A stretch of DNA of 41,822 bases from a virus (taxonomy: Duplodnaviria; Caudoviricetes): IMG/VR virus record IMGVR_UViG_3300030098_003679, positions 1 to 41,822 of that record; one strand, written 5' to 3'. The translations under genes and the position numbers were made by a program. Positions 39,895-41,822 of the stretch are shown in pieces (within the stretch, counting starts at the first letter, position 1; every line of letters begins with the position of its first letter). The notes beneath the pieces were generated by a model. It saw only the letters and a program-made list of their open reading frames with translations, was not told where the DNA came from and ran no database searches.

Positions 39895-39903
39895 GAAAAA
39901 CAA
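39876..39903 (-). promoter_or_regulatory. Putative second leftward promoter TTGTTT-N16-TATATT
   Basis: Same spacing as the other copies. The spacer contains a 12-bp palindrome. Confidence 0.45.
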
Positions 39904-39950
39904 GCACTTTCTGAAAATTGTAACGAGAATGGGTACGCTAGATATACAAT

Positions 39951-40084
39951 GTTGGGTACCGCCTGGTTTTACGGGCCTAGCCCCTTGGGCTAGGTTGAAT
40001 TCCATTCAAGTGAACCTTGCAGGTTCGCCCGTACACCAGTCGCTGAACCCAACCTTGCCCCTTCTAGTCTTGCAAAGCAAGACT
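39951..40084. other. GC-rich cloverleaf (four-way junction) with three triloop hairpins, plus a fourth triloop hairpin
   Basis: Closing stems GTTGGGT/ACCCAAC, CTGGT/ACCAG, TACGGGC/GCCCGTA. Arms CCTAGCCC-CTT-GGGCTAGG, TTGAAT-TCC-ATTCAA, GAACCT-TGC-AGGTTC. Then AGTCTTGC-AAA-GCAAGACT. Confidence 0.85.
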
Positions 40085-40124
40085 TCATTCTTTAATCACA
40101 TAAAAATAAAAGGAGTAATCAATT

Positions 40125-40445
40125 ATGAAGAAGCTAATTAATTATTTATTTTCATTTGCTACATCAAACAAAGGAGTAGCAGATGTAAAGAATTCACCTA
40201 GACACGGTTTCTATGGCGTAAACTTTAGAAACCTAGATTGGGTACAAGTCAAATCCAATCTGTCTACCATTGAGAGTATGCTACCAGAGAACTGGACAGC
40301 TAAACTATCAATGGCTGGGGATACCTACAAGGACAGAGGTATTGAGAAGACAGTTCAAACCTCTTTCCTCTGGATATCTAAGGACTTGCGAGAAGACCAG
40401 ACTGCAGAGTCTGTTCTCGCAGATATCCCAGATGACCTTGGTTAG
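40125..40445 (+). CDS. Hypothetical protein, first gene of the plus-strand (early) arm (106 aa)
   Basis: AAAGGAG SD upstream and a terminator-like hairpin downstream. Acidic C-terminal tail. Confidence 0.8.
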   Translation: MKKLINYLFSFATSNKGVADVKNSPRHGFYGVNFRNLDWVQVKSNLSTIESMLPENWTAKLSMAGDTYKDRGIEKTVQTSFLWISKDLREDQTAESVLADIPDDLG

Positions 40446-40458
40446 GTATCTGTCATTC

Positions 40459-40490
40459 GGAAGTTGGGAGCTTAATTGCTCCTGACTTCC
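40459..40490 (+). terminator. Stem-loop after the first early gene (terminator or processing site)
   Basis: GGAAGUUGGGAGC-UUAAUU-GCUCCUGACUUCC, 13 bp with two G-U pairs that form only on the + strand. The U-tract is weak. Confidence 0.65.
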
Positions 40491-40576
40491 TCATTTAGAG
40501 TATAGAGGTAATTAACAGGTGTATATCTCTTTTATTATATATAATCATACACATACAGTTAGTGTGTGTAACAGTT

Positions 40577-40741
40577 TAAATAACCTAGTTAGTAGTAGTG
40601 CAGATGACGTGGAAAGGCGACCAAACAGAGAGTTTCAAGACTCATTGATAAGACCTTAGGGATTATCCATAATAGGAGCTAAACAGCCTATAATATGCAA
40701 CCAAACATCAACTATAACTTGCAATCTAGCTAGGTTATTTA
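40577..40741 (+). ncRNA. Candidate structured non-coding RNA
   Basis: 16-bp closing helix TAAATAACCTAGTTAG/CTAGCTAGGTTATTTA (one U-G) enclosing about 130 nt with internal hairpins. No credible ORF. Confidence 0.45.
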
Positions 40742-40946
40742 TAAGTAAATTAGTAATAAATAATGCGGTGGTAAAATAGGATAGTATCAGTATAGAATGA
40801 ATCTGACTATATGATGTCATATAGAAACAAAATAAAGTAACCACCATAGTCGACTCGTAGTGTAGAGGTTTCCTATTATCCTCTGCACTATTAAAACAAT
40901 TAATAATTAAATAATGCTGTAATTAACAGCAAAGGAAGGTTCCAAG

Positions 40947-41090
40947 ATGCCTAAATTAACAAAGAAATCATATTTAAAAGGATTAATAGTAACAGTATCT
41001 TCTCATCGTAAGCCTAAGCAGGTAAGAGAAGTATTTCAACCAGTTAATAGCTTCAAAGAGGCTGTTAACTTAGCTATAGCTAACGCCTGA
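40947..41090 (+). CDS. Small hypothetical early protein (47 aa, MPKLTKKSYLKGLIVTVSSHRK...)
   Basis: AAGGAAGG SD. Its TGA overlaps the next ATG (TGATG). Confidence 0.65.
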   Translation: MPKLTKKSYLKGLIVTVSSHRKPKQVREVFQPVNSFKEAVNLAIANA

Positions 41091-41251
41091 TGTATAGGTC
41101 TAATAATACATTTAGGCTACAAGCATTTACACCTGCTTGGAACAGAAGACAATGGGTTCGTTGGGCTAGCAATCGCTGGCCTAATGAGCCTGTGTCTAAA
41201 TTCAAGAAGAAAAAGACTAGCGAGCTTATAGCGATGTATCATAGTTTATAA
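41090..41251 (+). CDS. Small basic Trp-rich early protein (53 aa, MYRSNNTFRLQAFTPAWNRRQWVRWASNRWPNEPVSKFKKKKTSELIAMYHSL)
   Basis: Translationally coupled to the upstream ORF. Confidence 0.6.
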   Translation: MYRSNNTFRLQAFTPAWNRRQWVRWASNRWPNEPVSKFKKKKTSELIAMYHSL

Positions 41252-41325
41252 TATTAAAGAGAGAGATGTAATTCCGATGGCAATGCTAGGGGTATTCTCT
41301 CTCTTTATAACATTGGAGGTAATTA

Positions 41326-41469
41326 GTGCCAAATAATGACCAATTATTACATAAATATCAAGACAAAATAGACCACATTCAAAAGTTAGTCGACTTAGAA
41401 TGGAATGGTCTTATAACAATAACAGAATTCAAGAAAAGAGTTATAAACATAGTTATGGAGGACGAATGA
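41326..41469 (+). CDS. Small hypothetical early protein (47 aa, GTG start, MPNNDQLLHKYQDKIDHIQKLVDLEWNG...)
   Basis: GGAGGT SD upstream and an ATGA overlap with the next ORF. Confidence 0.7.
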   Translation: MPNNDQLLHKYQDKIDHIQKLVDLEWNGLITITEFKKRVINIVMEDE

Positions 41470-41582
41470 TAACAGCAATAGCAATATTAGCAGTAGCAAT
41501 ATTATTATGGTTAATTTTAAAACCTTTTATTCTATTATACATAGAAAAGGAGAATGAGAAGCATGACAAGTCTAACAGATAA
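41466..41582 (+). CDS. Small single-TM membrane protein (38 aa, MITAIAILAVAILLWLILKPFILLYIEKENEKHDKSNR)
   Basis: GGAGG SD and an ATGA overlap favour the 41466 start over 41400. Confidence 0.65.
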   Translation: MITAIAILAVAILLWLILKPFILLYIEKENEKHDKSNR

Positions 41583-41822
41583 GCAGAAATCATTGTTTCA
41601 AGAGGATAAATATGTATTAGTAGATACAATAATTATTTTGGAACAAAAGTTAAGTAAGAACGTAGAAGAAATAAAACATCTAAAGAATGAAATGTTATTA
41701 AACGATGAGCAATTAAGGGCAATTATAGACGATTTAAAAGAACAAGTAATGAAACTTACAAATGAAAGAAATAATGCCGAATTAGCACTAGTTAAAGCAC
41801 AGCAGGAAATAGATGGTGATAG
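41563..41822 (+). CDS. Coiled-coil early protein, runs off the window end (MTSLTDKQKSLFQEDK...)
   Basis: AAGGAG SD, open frame to the end of the window, heptad pattern. Confidence 0.65.
   Translation, partial: MTSLTDKQKSLFQEDKYVLVDTIIILEQKLSKNVEEIKHLKNEMLLNDEQLRAIIDDLKEQVMKLTNERNNAELALVKAQQEIDGD

Noticed and set aside
39951-40053. Cloverleaf as a tRNA gene
   Set aside because: All loops are 3 nt. There is no 7-nt anticodon loop, no TTC T-loop, no D-loop GG and no acceptor-stem/CCA geometry.
39929-40141. 70-aa plus-strand ORF over the cloverleaf
   Set aside because: No SD and atypical composition. It is open probably because the structured element is GC-rich.
40598-40625. Hammerhead ribozyme core (CAGATGA...GAAA)
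   Set aside because: The core reads CAGAUGA rather than CUGANGA, and I could not build the required stems I-III.
40656-40847. 63-aa minus-strand ORF in the early non-coding region
   Set aside because: It is opposite to the local gene orientation, has no SD, and G-U pairing indicates the + strand is the functional one.
41400-41465. Track start 41400 for the TM microprotein
   Set aside because: It overlaps the SD-led 41326-41469 ORF. The GGAGG SD and ATGA overlap support 41466.
1-41822. CRISPR array, integrase/att site, diversity-generating retroelement, introns or inteins
   Set aside because: I saw no regularly spaced direct repeats, recombinase or reverse transcriptase motifs, or TR/VR pair. 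TerL, portal and MCP are uninterrupted and of normal length.

Overview
The window is part of a tailed dsDNA bacteriophage genome with podovirus-type architecture, AT-rich and read in the standard genetic code. Positions 109-39719 form one tightly packed minus-strand late/structural arm. In transcription order it holds: a lysozyme-fold protein, putative TerS, TerL, a P22-like portal, scaffold, major capsid protein, LamG-domain decoration/fibre proteins, head-tail adaptors, a fibre, a holin-like/metallophosphoesterase/MscS-like cluster, a giant tail nozzle/stabilisation protein, more fibres, and a block of Gly/Ala-rich ejection proteins. The ejection block includes a 3003-aa protein with the ordered motifs of a single-chain two-barrel (QDE-1/YonO/phi14:2 gp66-like) RNA polymerase, with a non-canonical catalytic loop, GGADLDAD. 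This is a candidate virion-packaged RNA polymerase. A divergent plus-strand arm of small, probably early genes starts at 40125. Between the arms lie a cluster of perfect palindromes and a GC-rich 103-bp four-way cloverleaf whose three arms all have 3-nt loops. Two of these loops read as GNA on the template strand, as in N4 vRNAP hairpin promoters, and a fourth triloop hairpin follows. The most interesting hypothesis is a self-contained early transcription system made of an injected two-barrel RNAP and a multi-hairpin DNA promoter. Late genes appear to use a recurring TTG-N19/20-TATATT promoter. The early region also holds a roughly 430-nt highly structured non-coding stretch. All calls come from reading motifs and gene order by eye; no database search was run.
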